Shown here piece after piece: positions 44,554 to 58,700 of a DNA stretch of 64,000 nucleotides (positions within the stretch are counted from its first letter, which is position 1; each line of letters starts with the position of its first letter). The position numbers and the translations under genes were made by a program. Source of the DNA: Ancylonema sp. (Eukaryota); NCBI GenBank assembly GCA_050230475.1, contig JBFLGF010000156.1, forward strand, positions 1 through 64,000, given 5' to 3'. Under the pieces are notes generated by a model. The model was not told the origin of the DNA. It saw only the letters and a list, made by a program, of their open reading frames with translations, and ran no database searches.

Positions 44554-44990
44554 TCATTTCTGAAAATTGATGGAATATGAGCCTGTTGCCGGATCCTTGA
44601 CAGCCTTGAAGTTGTCCACACTCATTCCAAAGTGTCCAAGAACCGAGTTCCCTAGATCCTTTAGCTTTCCTGCCAACATTTATGTCCCAAGACAACTTCT
44701 TAGCCATATCATACTTCATCTTTAAACGGGTCCAAACAATTTTTGATATCCGGCATTTATCATTCACTTCACTACCTAGCTCCTTACCAAACGAACCACT
44801 TGATAATCGAAATTGAAGACATGAATTCCCACAATTAGATTGAAAAACTTAAGTGTTTCTGCCAATCGCACGTGACTACACCTAACATCAAACTAGCGAC
44901 CAATCACATGAAGCGAATTCTGCAAACCGAGACACCACACCTTTGGCGGGAAGACCTAGAAGCACTTTCTTTAAAGAACATTTCACGACA

Positions 44991-45064
<74 letters not shown>

Positions 45065-46622
45065 ATCCAGCTCAGGTGTTGAGCTCACCTAGCATTTCAT
45101 CCTTCATCTTCTCCCGTTTCTCATTCACAATGGGCTCCAATCTGGCTATTGCTGTTGCCGCTGCCCTATTACCCGCTTCCAATTCCAACACTTTCTTCAC
45201 ATCTGACCGCCATCTCCCCATACCAGTGCAACGGATGTCGACATGAAAACTCTCTCCCTCCTCTCACTCCACCCACACAAAAAAAGAGTGATTGTATCCC
45301 TGCCTTCCCTCAAAGATGCGATGTCTCTACATCTATGAAGGTCGATTACGTTTACCCTCAACCGTGAATGGACATCAAAATACAGATATATCAATATAAT
45401 CACGTCTCTGCGAGCACAAGAAGCGCCCTCGAATCCCGAAGCTTCACTCACCTCCCAGTGCATCCTCCTGATGTTCCATATGCTCGTGTGCCTCACTTCT
45501 CCGCATCAGAGCTTTCACATACTCTGGTTTTAGTTCCACAGCGGCCGTGCATTCCCTAACAGCTTCCTCATACGCCTCCTGCATTTGCAGCAACACACAT
45601 CCTTCTTCTCAGCAACACCTTCCACCCACCCCCAGGATGACTCTCTCCCAATTTGTAGATCCAAAGCAAAGAGGTATTCTACGAGAGAGCAGGGTCTCAA
45701 AAATGGAGTCCACAGAGATTTTTTGGGCATGACACTGCTCTTCTTGTTTTTGTTAGTCGGATAAGAGTAGGATAATGATCGAAGAAACAAGGTATTATTA
45801 AAAGAAGAACAAAACTGTTGGCTGCAGGGAATTGATAGGTAAGCATTCGAGATTTTCTGGCCTGCCTACATCTTGTCAGCTGGCTCAATCTCATCTACGT
45901 TCTCTGTGTAGGTATCCATGGCTCAGATATTAATGCTAATCTGAAGCCGCTACCAGCCTCGTTCAGGGGAAATGAGACGCAGAGAACGGTACAAGAAGGG
46001 CGTCGTTGCTTACTAGGCGGATATGGCAGATGCCGCTGTTCAAATGAAGGGCAGCCCGAAGGACTACTGGTAGCTCCTCGTCAGGGGCGGCTTCCAGAGC
46101 CGCCCTGTAGCTGTCTAAAGCGTCCCGGTACAGTCCCTCCTTGAATTGCTCATTGCCAGCGACTTTCAGACCCTCTGCTTCTGCCAGGTTGCTCTGTCAC
46201 CATGACCACGGCACAGCACGGACTTCTTTCAGGACTGATGAGGAGCAGCAACCTCATTTAGTTGTAGTATCTGTCGTGAATTGGTGATTTTAAAAGTACC
46301 ACGCATGCCATCTCTTTAGAGATGCAATGGCTCGGTCATCTGACTCGCGCACCTGTGTATAGAGTCCCAGAAAACACCAAGCAATCAGGTTCATTAGACA
46401 ATTGCTGAAATGATTCCTATTACCCCTCGATACCTTCTGCAAGTCTTCTTGGGAAAATGCATCCTCAAATGTATCTTCCGAAGAGCCTGTCTCTTTCCCC
46501 CGTACAGAGTCTCCACTTTCTCCATGGCTGGGTGGCAATACAACGTCAGTGTCACCCCTTGAATTGCTCTGACAAGCTGGAGCAGGAGCTTCCGAAGTCT
46601 TATCCTCAGTGATGATTGCCAT
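44554..46622 (-). CDS. TTC1/TPR1-like co-chaperone, copy B, 5 exons
   Basis: Same exon structure as copy A with substitutions ([18 protein letters not shown]...). Intact C-terminus [38 protein letters not shown], stop at 44554-44556. Confidence 0.9.
44990..45061. repeat. (AT)n microsatellite in TTC1 copy B last intron
   Basis: Direct read. Absent at the equivalent site of copy A. Confidence 0.95.
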
Positions 46623-47587
46623 AGAGAAGTTATTCCCGAAAAATTAGGGTCCCTGGGCTGATATAGATTTGAAGTGCTGCTGGACTAGAGAATGCGGGGC
46701 AGGAGGAAAAAGATCAGGCGACCGATTCCTTTGGCCAGCTTGAAAAATACGAGACGGAAGAACACTAACCGGAAATTGTGTCGAACAGCTCAAGTTCGCC
46801 TAAAATATAGATTTTCAAATCACCATATATCTACTTTGACTGTCTCTCATACGCTTTTCTCGCACCCTTGCCCTTTCTGTCAGATCCCCGATTCAGAATG
46901 AGACGCTATATAAATCTTTGCCCGATTGAAGATGATAAATAAGGCAGGGATAGCAGGATTCTGCAACAACTGATTAAAAACAGCACCAAACCAACTGATC
47001 ATAATTTTGATGGCTCAGTACTGCAGCACTCTGACATTTCAGCACTATTAAAACGTGACTGAAATCGTACTACAGGTATTCAAGGTCTAACTTTAGCGAT
47101 GGCTCAGGCCAGGTATTCCTCGAGGGTGCTGATGGGTGTGGAACATGGTAGGGGCATGGAGCACGTGTTGGCTGTACCGGGTATCTGTTGTATGTGTTGC
47201 AAGTTGACCAACCTGTTCCCTGTTCAACTTATGAAACCTGCCAAACGTTGGTTGAGTAAACCGCTCCAGGTATTCGTTCGCTCCAGGCAAACGTTGTTAC
47301 AAAAAACTTACAGAACATCGAAGCCATCTGTCAACAGAGTCAACGCCACGTAGATCTGCAGTTAACGGAATCAGTGCCAGATTCTCGGGATGTCGTTGTC
47401 GCCGATTGTGACGGCCGATACTTTCGTGTACTCCGCCTGCGCAGCGCCCCTGCTGCTAAGGAAAATATACGACACACCGCGTTCCGTGTGCATGATTATG
47501 TCCGTAAACTTATATCGTCGCAAATGGTGTGAGTCACATTTTCAGGCAAGTCGAGACACAAGTGTGCAGCTATTGAGCACCGAGCAC

Positions 47588-50328
47588 ATGGCATCCGGTT
47601 TATGGACGGCTATTGCAGCACTCTTGGCTGTTGGAGTTTCAGTGTTAATCGCAGACCCTTTCGAGCTGAGTCCCATCGCCAAATACGACTTCACACCTGA
47701 AATTGTGCATTTACCTCAACTGTCAACATTCAGCATTCGGCGAGATCATAACAATACTTTGAAGCACGCACAAGTTAAATTCAGTAACGAAATATTTGGA
47801 CCCGAGAGCATCGCTTTCGACCCGTCTGGAGGTGGTCCATACACTGGGCTCGGTGATGGGAGAGTTATGAAGTGGAATGGTTCGCATCTTGAAACCTTTG
47901 CAGTCACATCTCCACACAGGTACATTTTCCTGCATTTTTGGTCTTACAAATTGAAGGAACACATGAGGATTGGATCTTGACGGGAGCATTCAACCTTCAC
48001 CTCATCCAAATTCGCGCGTCGTGCACAATCTGGAAACACTTTTCGATACGAATTTAGTGTGATTGCAGTGGTGCATCCACTATTTATCTATCCACAATGC
48101 ACCAACGCTGATGGCAGCCTCGGTCATGACCTTTATGCGACCTTGACACATTTTTCTCTCTCGATGACATTACTAGCCATTTCATACCTGGATAGGGTGA
48201 ATTGCAGTGTGTTGGAAAGTATGGTAGTGACTAGGAGTACACTCGGTCAGCTCTCATCATCATCTTTGCCGACTGCCTTGTCCAGCAGCACTCCACTTCG
48301 TAGTTTTCAGCTCTATGGCAAAGCATCGGCTCTCCGCTAATGTCACAACGGCAACAATTGGGGAGCTTGTTTTTCGTGACAGAACATCAGAGTGCGACCT
48401 GGCTGTCCCAGGACCTAATTTACCTCTAGAGAACGTCTGTGGACGACCCCTGGGACTCCGCTTCCATCCCAAAACGGGCGATCTTTACATCTGCGACGCC
48501 TATTTCGGATTGATGGTCGTCGGGCCAGAAGGTGGCCAAGCCAAGGTTCTTGCAAACCAGTCCGAGGGAGTTCCTTTCACGTTCACCAATGACCTCGACA
48601 TTGGCGCCGATAACACCATATACTTCACGGTCACAAGCACCAAGTATCACCGACGGTAAGATGGTAGAGTCACAGAACCGTGCATTGAGACAGCCCTCCC
48701 TCCAATGTGACAACCGCATCTCGGCAAGAACATGCCCTCCCTCTGAGATCACCAACAGCTCCATAGAGTCAAGGGAGAGTGCTTCACATCTCATGCCTTG
48801 AGACTCCACTCTTACGAAACGAGGTCGCATAGCACCCGCTTGTCCGTTATTAAGCGATTATGGCGCGTTGCCAGCCACACTACGTGGCAGGGGGGGCCTT
48901 TCGTGAGGCAGTATGGGTGACTGTAGCGACGACTCTGATTGGAATGAGAGGAAAGAGTGGCTCGAATGCTGCCTGCTTCTATGATACAAGAAAAGCATCA
49001 TTGTCGCTTCATTTGGTGTTGCAGCAACTTCATTTTGAACTGGATTGAGATGGGGGGGGGTGGCCTCCTGATGAAATATGACCCTACCTCCAAGGCAACC
49101 ACCGTCCTCCTTCGAGATTTGTACTTTCCAAATGGTGTGTCTATCTCAAAGGATGGAACGATTTTGCTCTTCTGTGAGACCTCTCTACTACGGTGAGGCC
49201 CTCTTGGGTAGATAACTTCCGCTCATTGACGCAAAGCGTAGTTAATGCTTGAAGATCGGAAATCAGTGACCATATTCCTTCCGATATCTGGATTTGTACA
49301 AAATGTGTTCATTTACGCCCGATTGGTGAGATAATAAAGTGGTATGCAGTAGTAGTATAATGCATCAAGTAGCTTCATAAGCATTCTTAGAACACAACTT
49401 TCATGTGCGTGTGGTAAAGGTCATCTTGTGAAGAAGGGAAATTTATTGGGCTAAACAGCCTCATGCCGCGGTCCATTCTGTTTCTGTATGCTTAAAGGCG
49501 ATCGATGGTATATCTAGAGGTGCTTACCCTCTCCGAAACCTCACTTTATGGAAAGCCGTTGGGGGATACCACTGTTGTATACGATTTGTTTCGATGAAAC
49601 CGAGATCACAAAGTTGTTTGGATGGTGAAGCTTCGCAATTATGCGGGCTTGGACATCAGATGCACAGTCCCTTTGCACCTCCATTTTTAATGTGGAGAAA
49701 AAAGGAATGCCCACATCTTAAAAATGCCGAGTCTGTGTGTGCAAGTGCAGGGTTCAAAAGTATTGGCTTGAAGGTCCTCATGCTGGAATTGCTGAAGTCT
49801 TGGCTAACTTGCCTGGCATTCCCGACAATATCCGGCTGAATCCGAGGGGAAAATTCTGGATCGGGGTTCATTCGTGGACCAACCCTGTTATGGGTACATC
49901 CTTTGCCACATTTCCGAGAGTTCGACTGATGTTTGCTTGTTTGTTTAAAAGCAACGACAAATAAAAGACGATCCTTTTGTCACTTGTTTCTCGAATGATT
50001 TTCATTCAAGACACCATTTTGCTAAGGAGGAGTGGAGAGCTTACCTATTTTTATTTTAAACTGTGGGTATGTAGTGGCTTTGGCGGCTCGTCCATGGGCA
50101 AGAACAGCTCTGCTTCGGCTTCCAATCGACGTAAAGCTCGTCTACCTTTTGGGTAACGGCTTGCCCCATGGAGTGGTGATGGAGATGGATGGGAGCGGGA
50201 CTATCACACGCATCTTGGAGGATCGGCATGGAAAAGTGGTCAAGGCTGTTAGTGAGGTGGAAGAGCACAACAATCAGTTGTGGATTGGATCCGTCGTCAT
50301 GCCCCGAATTGTTGTCTACGACTTGTGA
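47588..50328 (+). CDS. Strictosidine synthase-like (SSL/APMAP-like) six-bladed beta-propeller protein, copy B, 5 exons, intact
   Basis: Exons 47588-47919, 48383-48655, 49025-49192, 49751-49893 and 50075-50328. Hydrophobic N-terminus, then [29 protein letters not shown] and SEVEEH. Confidence 0.93.
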
Positions 50329-51852
50329 ACAGTGCTAAAAAAAATCACAATGCACAACTGTTTTGTTTCTTCGCACAATAGTCGGAGTCTTTTAATATTG
50401 CTCTGGTTGTTCATTTCTGTTTGTATGGTACACCAACTTCGTACATAAGAGAATCAAGAGGCGCTTTGGTTATAATCGGTTTTTCGTTATAGACGCGAAT
50501 GGTTTATCGCAGAGAGCGTGTATTAATAATCGCATTTGATGTAGGAGTTGGCATCAGTCGTGTACACACACATTTGTCATTCCTTCGTCTAAAAGTACAC
50601 TCTCTTAGGAAAGTTGCTAAATTCGAGAATGTACATCAAACCACATGACCATTGTAAGTGTCCATGTTATACAAGTTTACCAAGGTCAACTAGCGGTTTT
50701 ATTTTTGTATGATATTCAATAATTCTGAGATTGCATTTTTAGTCGGCATACTAGCCAACAAATTCCTCAAATGAATTTGTGTGTGTGTTATGAAGTGTTT
50801 GTTATAGCATTTTGCACGCCGTCTTGTGTATGCCACAGTGGAATGTTTGTGATGGATGTGGGCGACAATATTTCATTCAGTCGCATATCAGCACACCAGA
50901 AAAGTCCGACAAAAGAAACAACACATGTGCGCACGTGTTGTTTACTTAGTGTAGCTGAGGCTAGAGTTTAATCTGACTATAAAATAGTCGTGGGTATGTG
51001 ACTCACTCGAAAATGCACACAATTGTCGACAAGAGCCTTCCTTACTTCAAACCACATTGTCTAGCCAATTTTTGCTATTTTGAAGGATTTTTTTGTAAAA
51101 ATGACGCACTAACAACTTGGAATCGAGGGTTCTTTCCAAACGTGAGGTGAGTTGAGATACACGCACCGATTTGTCGAGACGTACTACATTCAAAGTGTCA
51201 TCTCACTTCCCGAGCAGGCATCTACAATTTACACGCACAAGCACCCAGCTTGTGCAATATAAATTTGTAAACTTCACCACTAAGCTTTTTCGCAGATAAT
51301 GCAAAGGGCTATAAGCTTTCATCCACACCGAGCGAATTGCCACTTCATCAGTCGAGATTGTAAGCTGGTATATAGATATGATAGGAACTCACAACTTCAA
51401 CTATTCGAAGTAGGTACCATTTGCTAATTTGCAACATTCAGTAGCCAAATGTGTTTTCCCTTCAAGATGATTGTTGCCACAACAACCATACTTCCATAAG
51501 GTCGATGACCAATGTCCAATGTCCAATGTAGATTCACAGCAGCATTGTTAACCAGCAATGGCATCCATAAGGTGGCAAATATATTTTGAATACGAGTAAG
51601 AAGATCATGGTATTGCAGCAACATCAATTTATTTACCCTACAACTGTTTGAACTACCCACTTTTGTATGGTCCTGTGCAGCAGACGCCTCTAAATATCTC
51701 AAGAATATAGAGCAGAGTTATCTATTTTCATACAGAGGTGCATAACCCATCACAAAAAGGGTATGTCTAAAACCAAAACTCAACCCCATCTTGCTGCGGC
51801 TCGATTCCCTAAGTACGAACTGAAGCAGGTACGAGTCAACAATCACTGCAGC

Positions 51853-53527
51853 CTACTCCACCTTTTTCGCCACCACTTGCCCTGCAGATACACAGACTCA
51901 CGAGGGCCATGAACAGCGAACCAAAAACAGCGAGCGGCGGAATTGTATCGTATCTTTACACAACCACTGAGGATGCATCTCGAGGATAAACTGTTTCTGT
52001 TGGGCACTGCACAGATGTCATCGACATCTCTAAAACGTCATATGCCACACAGAGTCGAAGTCGTCATTCCAATAGTATTTCAGCTATTGAGCCAGACTCA
52101 CCCTTGAAAAGATGGGACTGATCACCAAACTGCTTGTACATTGACTGGCGCAGCTGTTGTCCTTGGGGATGGATGACGTTGGTGAAAATGTAGTGAGCAC
52201 CCCGGACTTGAGGCAGCACCATCCAGAGCACAAAGAGCATTTTCCCGGTGTAGTAAAAAGGAATCCTGCAAAACAATATATCCCCGTATTCTCAGAAATG
52301 AATCTGTAAAGTGATTGAATATTCGTGGCTGTGCGGGCAATACAGTGGCCCAAGATAAGCAAGACATTTGACTTCACGGATGCGGCCTAAATTTTAAATA
52401 AAAACTGTATTACCCCTCCATGGTAGTCCTCAATCGATACACCTTCCCGCCTCGATACTAAGCTTTTCCACCCTTACACAATGCCACGGATACTATGTCC
52501 TTCAGCGCACCATGCAATGATTGGAGCAGCGAGAGCCTCCAAGGCAGTGAGTGACGAGTAGATGGTCCAGTAGGTCAGCCACTGCTGGTTGTCAGCATTG
52601 TCCGGAGTTTGCAGTGCCTCAAAGGAGGCAGCTCTGTTACAACGAGAAGCGAGTAAATAATCAGCGCAACCACGACCACAACCACAACCACAACCACAAC
52701 CACCACTATGCAGACATATTTACACATTTTTAGTTATTTAACTGAAAATTCCCTTTCAAAGAGAACACGGGACCAGAATATTTAAAGCATGAGCACTGCA
52801 GACACATCGACAAATAAATAATGTAAAACGAAGGCATACTGGCGACACTTAGAGAGGCAAGAGCGCTACAATTATCCGAACCGAGTGAAGATAGCCACTA
52901 ATATAGAGATGTTCGATAATGAGGATAGCACTGGAATATGTTATATGCTGAAATGGTACTTCAAGGGGTACGCGAGTGTCAGAAGTGGCCTGAAATCACA
53001 GAAGAATACTGGGTTAGATGAGATGAGATGAGATGAGATATGTATTTCTCATTATTTATAAATATCACTCAGGCGACCGCTTCCCATTCATCGAGTTTTT
53101 ATTATTTCTGTTACAAGTGTGCCTGCTGAAATTAGTCTTCAAATGACACCAGCGGGCAAACCTCTTGAAATATCGAATTCAAACCCTTCACTACCCTCTC
53201 TCGTAGAAGCCGTGGTTGACCGAGTGATTGCAAATAGATTGCCCATTCTAAGCCTCGTGTACGCTGGGAAATGAGTAAAAATATTTCACAACATTTATGG
53301 ATTTGTCATTAAAATGTCATTCAAGATAGGTCGAGTGGTCTAGTATCGATCGATATATGATTACCGCTCAAAGCCTTACATATTCAAGGATATCCGGAGT
53401 GAATATTAAATTCAGCAACGCTATGGCCACTGCAAAGCTCTATCCCTGTCACCTAATCAACTAATTCTTATCCGGCCTACAAATCTCACCCGAGCAGATT
53501 GAAGAACAGGCCGAAAATGGACACCAT
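51853..53527 (-). CDS. HVA22-like (TB2/DP1/REEP family) ER membrane protein, 5 exons
   Basis: Exons encode [13 protein letters not shown] | PLLTLAYPL (about 30-nt exon near 52960-52989) | ..[18 protein letters not shown] | [27 protein letters not shown].. | QVVAKKVE*. Confidence 0.88.
52666..52707. repeat. (ACCACA)n hexamer microsatellite in an HVA22 intron
   Basis: caaccacgaccacaaccacaaccacaaccacaaccacc. Confidence 0.8.
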
Positions 53528-55126
53528 GGCGTTTGATGACGAAGAGGTCCAAGTAGCCGTTACTGACAGGCGTAGGGCAGGGGTGTGTTCGAGGAGGTTT
53601 AACACTGAGAGATGATATTTGGAGCGATCGTGGATTGCTTCTTTCTCCACGACTGGCTTCACCTATCTGCCCCGATTCACACCAGACGCCCAAAATCGAC
53701 TTCTGCGTCATCGGCTGGAAGCCGAGATCCAGGCGCCACGTGGACAACGTAGGCGTTGGATATCTAGACGGTGACAGACATTATTGTACGTATCGTAATA
53801 TTATTAGCATATCGAAACGAAACGTCCGAAACAAGTGGCACTTGTTGAATACCCAGGATCGTTGGAACACAGATAAGCCTTGTCGAGCTCGAACGTGGCA
53901 TCCGTACCGGAAGTCGCGTGCTTCCCACAGTTCCGTACACCGTAGCGGCAAATATTAGCATATTTGGAGTATCCATCACTTTTTTCCCCCCGACTTATTT
54001 TATGCATCCCCCTTTCTTTTACCCCCACCCGTTTTGAATTTATATTGACTACCCCGCCCGTTTTCAATTGATATCGATTGATATCTGTGTGTATCATTCT
54101 CGTAGCCGTACAACTCCGTATGAGCGCATGTGGTGGCGAAGTACATTGATAGTCGTACGATCGAAGATTGCGAGTCGTAGATTGAGTACGCAAGAAAGGG
54201 GCATATTCGAGTACTTGGCTAGAATGCAAACCATAGTCACTACACGACAAGCGTCTATAGGCAGACGCTGGAAGCCCTAGCAGCAGTCTAAGACCTATTT
54301 TACCTCCATTTTGATCACTCTAATGCCATTGTGCATTAGTGAGTGTGCCCGGGTGTCACCATAACCTCTGAATCTTGCCTGCGGACTCAGCAATAGCGAT
54401 CATGCATGACCTGGCTGGTAATGTAATTGCACTCGCGATTGTCGTTCGATAGATATCTTGCGCTCACTAATCTGATATCCACACATACAGCTTCGGCAGC
54501 TGAGAGTCAAAATCATTTTGCACAAGGTGTGGGGGATTTGTACAAGTGTGCAGTGGCACTTGATTTTTTTGCAAGACGTGTCAGACAGTGTCGAAACGTT
54601 TTCGTGACAGACACACTTAACGGAGAGGGTGTTTCGACGTGGTGTGCAACAATGCCTAGTTCGATTAAAGTCCATCATGAGAAACTCTAGATGACTTCTC
54701 TGGCCACACTCCCTACGATGCAATGTCTTTCTTTTGATAAAGCGCTTGGGCAACTCATGTTGTCCTTGATTGGCACATAGCAGGTGGCCACATCCGTCGT
54801 TTGCTTATCGACAAACGACCCATTTCCCCTTGAGATACCACATCTCCACTAATATTCAAGCACACCCCTCCTAGAATAGTGGGTTTGTCGTCAATTCAAC
54901 GCCTCCCAATACCGTCCTCTTTACTAACACAAAGTCTTCACGAGAATTAGATAAGGGTACCGAGAGAAAACTTCATAGTTGAAGTTTTAAAAGAGGCTCT
55001 CCGTAGTAGATCATTTGGAGGAACAAGCTGAAGCGTAAGTGTCTGTAGTAAATAGGCAAAATTTTGTAGAAGTATCTAATCCAGTATTATTAGCTAGTTC
55101 GTCGGAGTGCCTTTTGTCGACGAGGA

Positions 55127-55773
55127 TGTGAGATATAAGTGCTGCAACAATCTTGTATATTAATGTTAGTGTTTGGTTTTATTTTTAGTTGGCCAAAGTT
55201 TCCTATTTAGTTGTTCGGGTACTTGTGTTGGTTTGGTGTTGGTTTTGGTTTTATTCGCGTGTGCTCATGTGTCTATGAAATGAGATACATGAATGTTGTG
55301 ACTCTATCAAAGTAGCTTAGAATTGTGACAAATTTCGCGTATTTTGTATCGGTAAAAGTAGTGTTAGTGACAACGTGGCGACGACGACGACGCTAATTTG
55401 AATGGCGCGATGGCGCGCGCGATATGATATTTGAAGTTGGTGTGAACGGTTTAGATTGATCGTTCGATGACTCAAGGTCATTTAGTCTTAAATGTCTGAC
55501 CTGACTACCTGACTTAGCTACGTGACAAAAGGTTGGACTTGTGATTGGCTAAAGAGATCTAGATTTGCTTCCGGACAACTATCTTCTCCGGTATTGTTTT
55601 TTCACTTGCTTTATGAGAAAGAAGCTTCGTCTATGTGATGCGCCATATGTGTATGTGTATAATGAGTATGTGAATGAGTTATTGCACATTCTGAGTAAGA
55701 GTTGAGTTTGGGTCCGAGTTGAGTCTAAAGAGTTTTAGAGTTGAGTTAAGTGAACGTCTCTATGGCGTCCACA
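55127..55773 (+). repeat. 5' LTR of the copia element
   Basis: TGTGAGATATAAG...GGCGTCCACA, followed by AG and the PBS. Confidence 0.93.
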
Positions 55774-55775
55774 AG

Positions 55776-55788
55776 TGGTATCAGAGCC
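55776..55788 (+). other. Primer-binding site complementary to initiator tRNA-Met
   Basis: TGGTATCAGAGCC, 2 nt after the LTR end. Confidence 0.9.
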
Positions 55789-58700
55789 TCTGGCTCAGGG
55801 ACCTCAGCGTACATGAAGAAGATAGTGCTAAAGGACGCAGCATCTTATGGTCCGTGGCGAACAAAGCTTACGTCTATACTTGACGCGGAAGATTGTATGG
55901 AGATAGTGACCGGTACTGAGTTGGAGCCGGTAGAGATTGCAGAGGTGCTGAATTCTGACAACACTTCAGCAAACAGTGCAGAGGTAGACAAGAGACAAGC
56001 CGAAATCAAGGACTGGAGGAAGAGGTCAAAACGTGCCGCGTCGCTCATTACACAAACGATGGATGACAGCATTGTCATGAGCTTGGACGTTCATGGAAAC
56101 AATCATGTCCTTATCTGGGCGCAACTTGGAGCAGACTACAACACGATTACACCCGCGCAGCGTTCGTCAGCCCGTACAGACTTCCTTACTTTCATGATTG
56201 GAAATGAGGAGTCTTTACATCGACATCATGCTGAGGTACGATGAAATTTTGCGCAAAGTGACCGTTCAGGGGGGTATGATTGGAGACAATGACCGTCTTC
56301 AAACACTACTTGGAGCTCTTCCAAAAAATTTGATCTTCTTCGTGAGCCTATTTCAGCAAACTCCTGCTCCTGGCATTCAGTACTTGTGGGAGCGTATGTA
56401 TGAATAGAGAGTATGGAAAAGAAGGAGCTTTACAATCTAGCGTCCGGGATGGCAGCAGAGGGAGGGGTACTATCAAGGAGGAAGGGGTCGTGGAAATTTT
56501 CGAGGAAGAGGGAGGAAGGGGCAGTTATGGTGGTGGACGAGGTGTCGGTAAAGGGGGTGAAGAAAAGTCAGAGAATTGTTTCAGATATGGAGAAGCACAT
56601 CATTGGAGTAGGGAGTGTCCTCAGAAGGACAGTGTTTGCACATGGTGTGGAGGGGTTGGTCATATTGAGCAGACATGCTACAGCAACAAAATCAATGGAG
56701 CACCAAGGGGAGGAAAGTCTGGTGTTCCCAGGGGTAGAGGTCGAGGTTCAGGTGGTGGCAGAAGAGGCGGATATGGCAGATATGGTCAAGGCTCAGATGT
56801 GGAGGAACAAGGACATGCGGAGGTGCTGGTTGGGGAAGTCAGCATGGGGATAGGAGAGGGTGATGGAGAAGAAAAGGAGTGGGTCTGTGACAGTGGTGCA
56901 GATTACCATATGTCTGGTGACATCAGCCTCTTTGACTTTCTTGATGATGTTCCTTCAACGTTCCATGTCAAACAAATCAAGGGGAGAGTCTCAATAACAA
57001 AATGGGGAGTTGTGAGGCTGTCAACCGAAAAGGGGGAAGGGAAGAAGGGGGTCTTGGAACTGCATGAGGTACTTTTCCTACCAGGAATGCGAGTGAACAT
57101 CTTTTCACTTCAAAGAATTCGTGATAAAGGTGCGTGCAGCTACACTTTTGAGGGGGAACCTCATCCTGGCAAACAGATTCCTATCTGAACAGAAAGGGGG
57201 AGCAGATAGCAACCATGCAGGAGTCTCGGAAGGCAAGACCTACTCTAATCTGCAAAGCACTCAATGAAAGGGAGGAGATTGAAGGGGAGATACTAGGGGG
57301 GAAGGGGATAAGCATGGAGTTGCTTCATAAAAGGCTTGGACATACTTCTCAGGGGGGAATGGAGAGGTTAGTTCGCGAGCAGATGGTCAGGGGGTCTGGA
57401 GGAGGGGATGAAGGGTGATTTCGGCATGTGTCGAGGTTGCAAAATGGGGAAGTCAAGCGAACAGCCACATCCGAGAAAAGCTCAGGAGTTCAGAGCTTCA
57501 GAACCTCTTGAGTTAATTCACACGGATATTGCTGGACCTTTCGCTCCAAAGGCAATGGAGGGTGGGGGACAATACAACCTCGTCATCGTGGATGACTTCA
57601 GTCGGAAATCATGGACAGTGGCGATAAAAAGGAAGAGTGACACTAAGGTAGCTCTAAAGGAGTGGATAGCAGTCCATGAAAACGAGGTTGGGGGAAAGGT
57701 GAAGGCGATGCGGTTTTGACAATGGGGGAGAGTTTGTCCGATGCGTCTTTGGGAGACCTGGCTGAGGGAGCAATGGAAATAAAACATCAGACAATTCCAA
57801 GCTCGTTCACCGCCAGAGCAAAGGGGTAGCTGAAAGAATGAACAGAACACTCCACGACAGGGCGAGGTCGATGCTGTTGGGTGCGGGATTAGGAGGGGGC
57901 TTCTGGGTGGAAGCCATTGCAACAGCTTCTTACATCAGGAACAGGGGTCCGGTTGCTGGGTTGAGCAAGACACCGGAAGAGCTGTGGTCGGGGAAAGTTC
58001 CAACAGTAAAACATCTGCGATCTTATGGCAGCAAGGCTTACCTGTCCCTGGAGAAGTTCAAGCGAAAGGGGAAGATGGGGGTAACAAAGTGGGAGGGGGT
58101 GATTGTCAGTTATCCAATGGGGAGTGTTGGTTATCGGGTGTGGGACCCACAATCAGGGGTAAAGTTTTCAATGTGGGTGTGTCATGTCGATGAGGATGTC
58201 CAGCCAGGGTGGTGGCGAAAGGAAAATGATGGTGGGGAACTTGTCGATGACTTCGAGGAGATAGTGTTTCCTGATCTTGGTGTCGATGTCGTGGGAGGAG
58301 AGCCAAAAGGGGGGCAAGAAAACAATCAACAAATGCCTGTGCTGGTCGAGGACAGCAGCGATGAAGAGGAGGAAGAGAGAGGGTGACGAAAATCAATGGT
58401 GGAGGTGGTTGGTGATGAATGACGACAGCTGGGGTCCAGATGATGATGCTCCTGTTCTGCCTTTACATGAGGGACCAGCTGCTGAGGAAGGAGAGAGAAG
58501 TCAGTCAGCAGCCAAGGCACAGCAACAGGGAGAATCGGGGAGTGCCACCACTTCGTTACATCGAGGCTTACCTGGCTGGTGCAGCAGAGGAGGAGGCACA
58601 GCACAGTCCTCAGTCTATCCAAGAAGCTCTTCAAGGAGAAAACAAGGTGGAGTGGAGGAAAGCAATGGACAGTGAGATGGCTAGCCTTCGTGAGAATGGG

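Noticed and set aside
54400..54753. Cys-rich ORFs upstream of the copia element
   Set aside because: No recognisable domain or splice chain.
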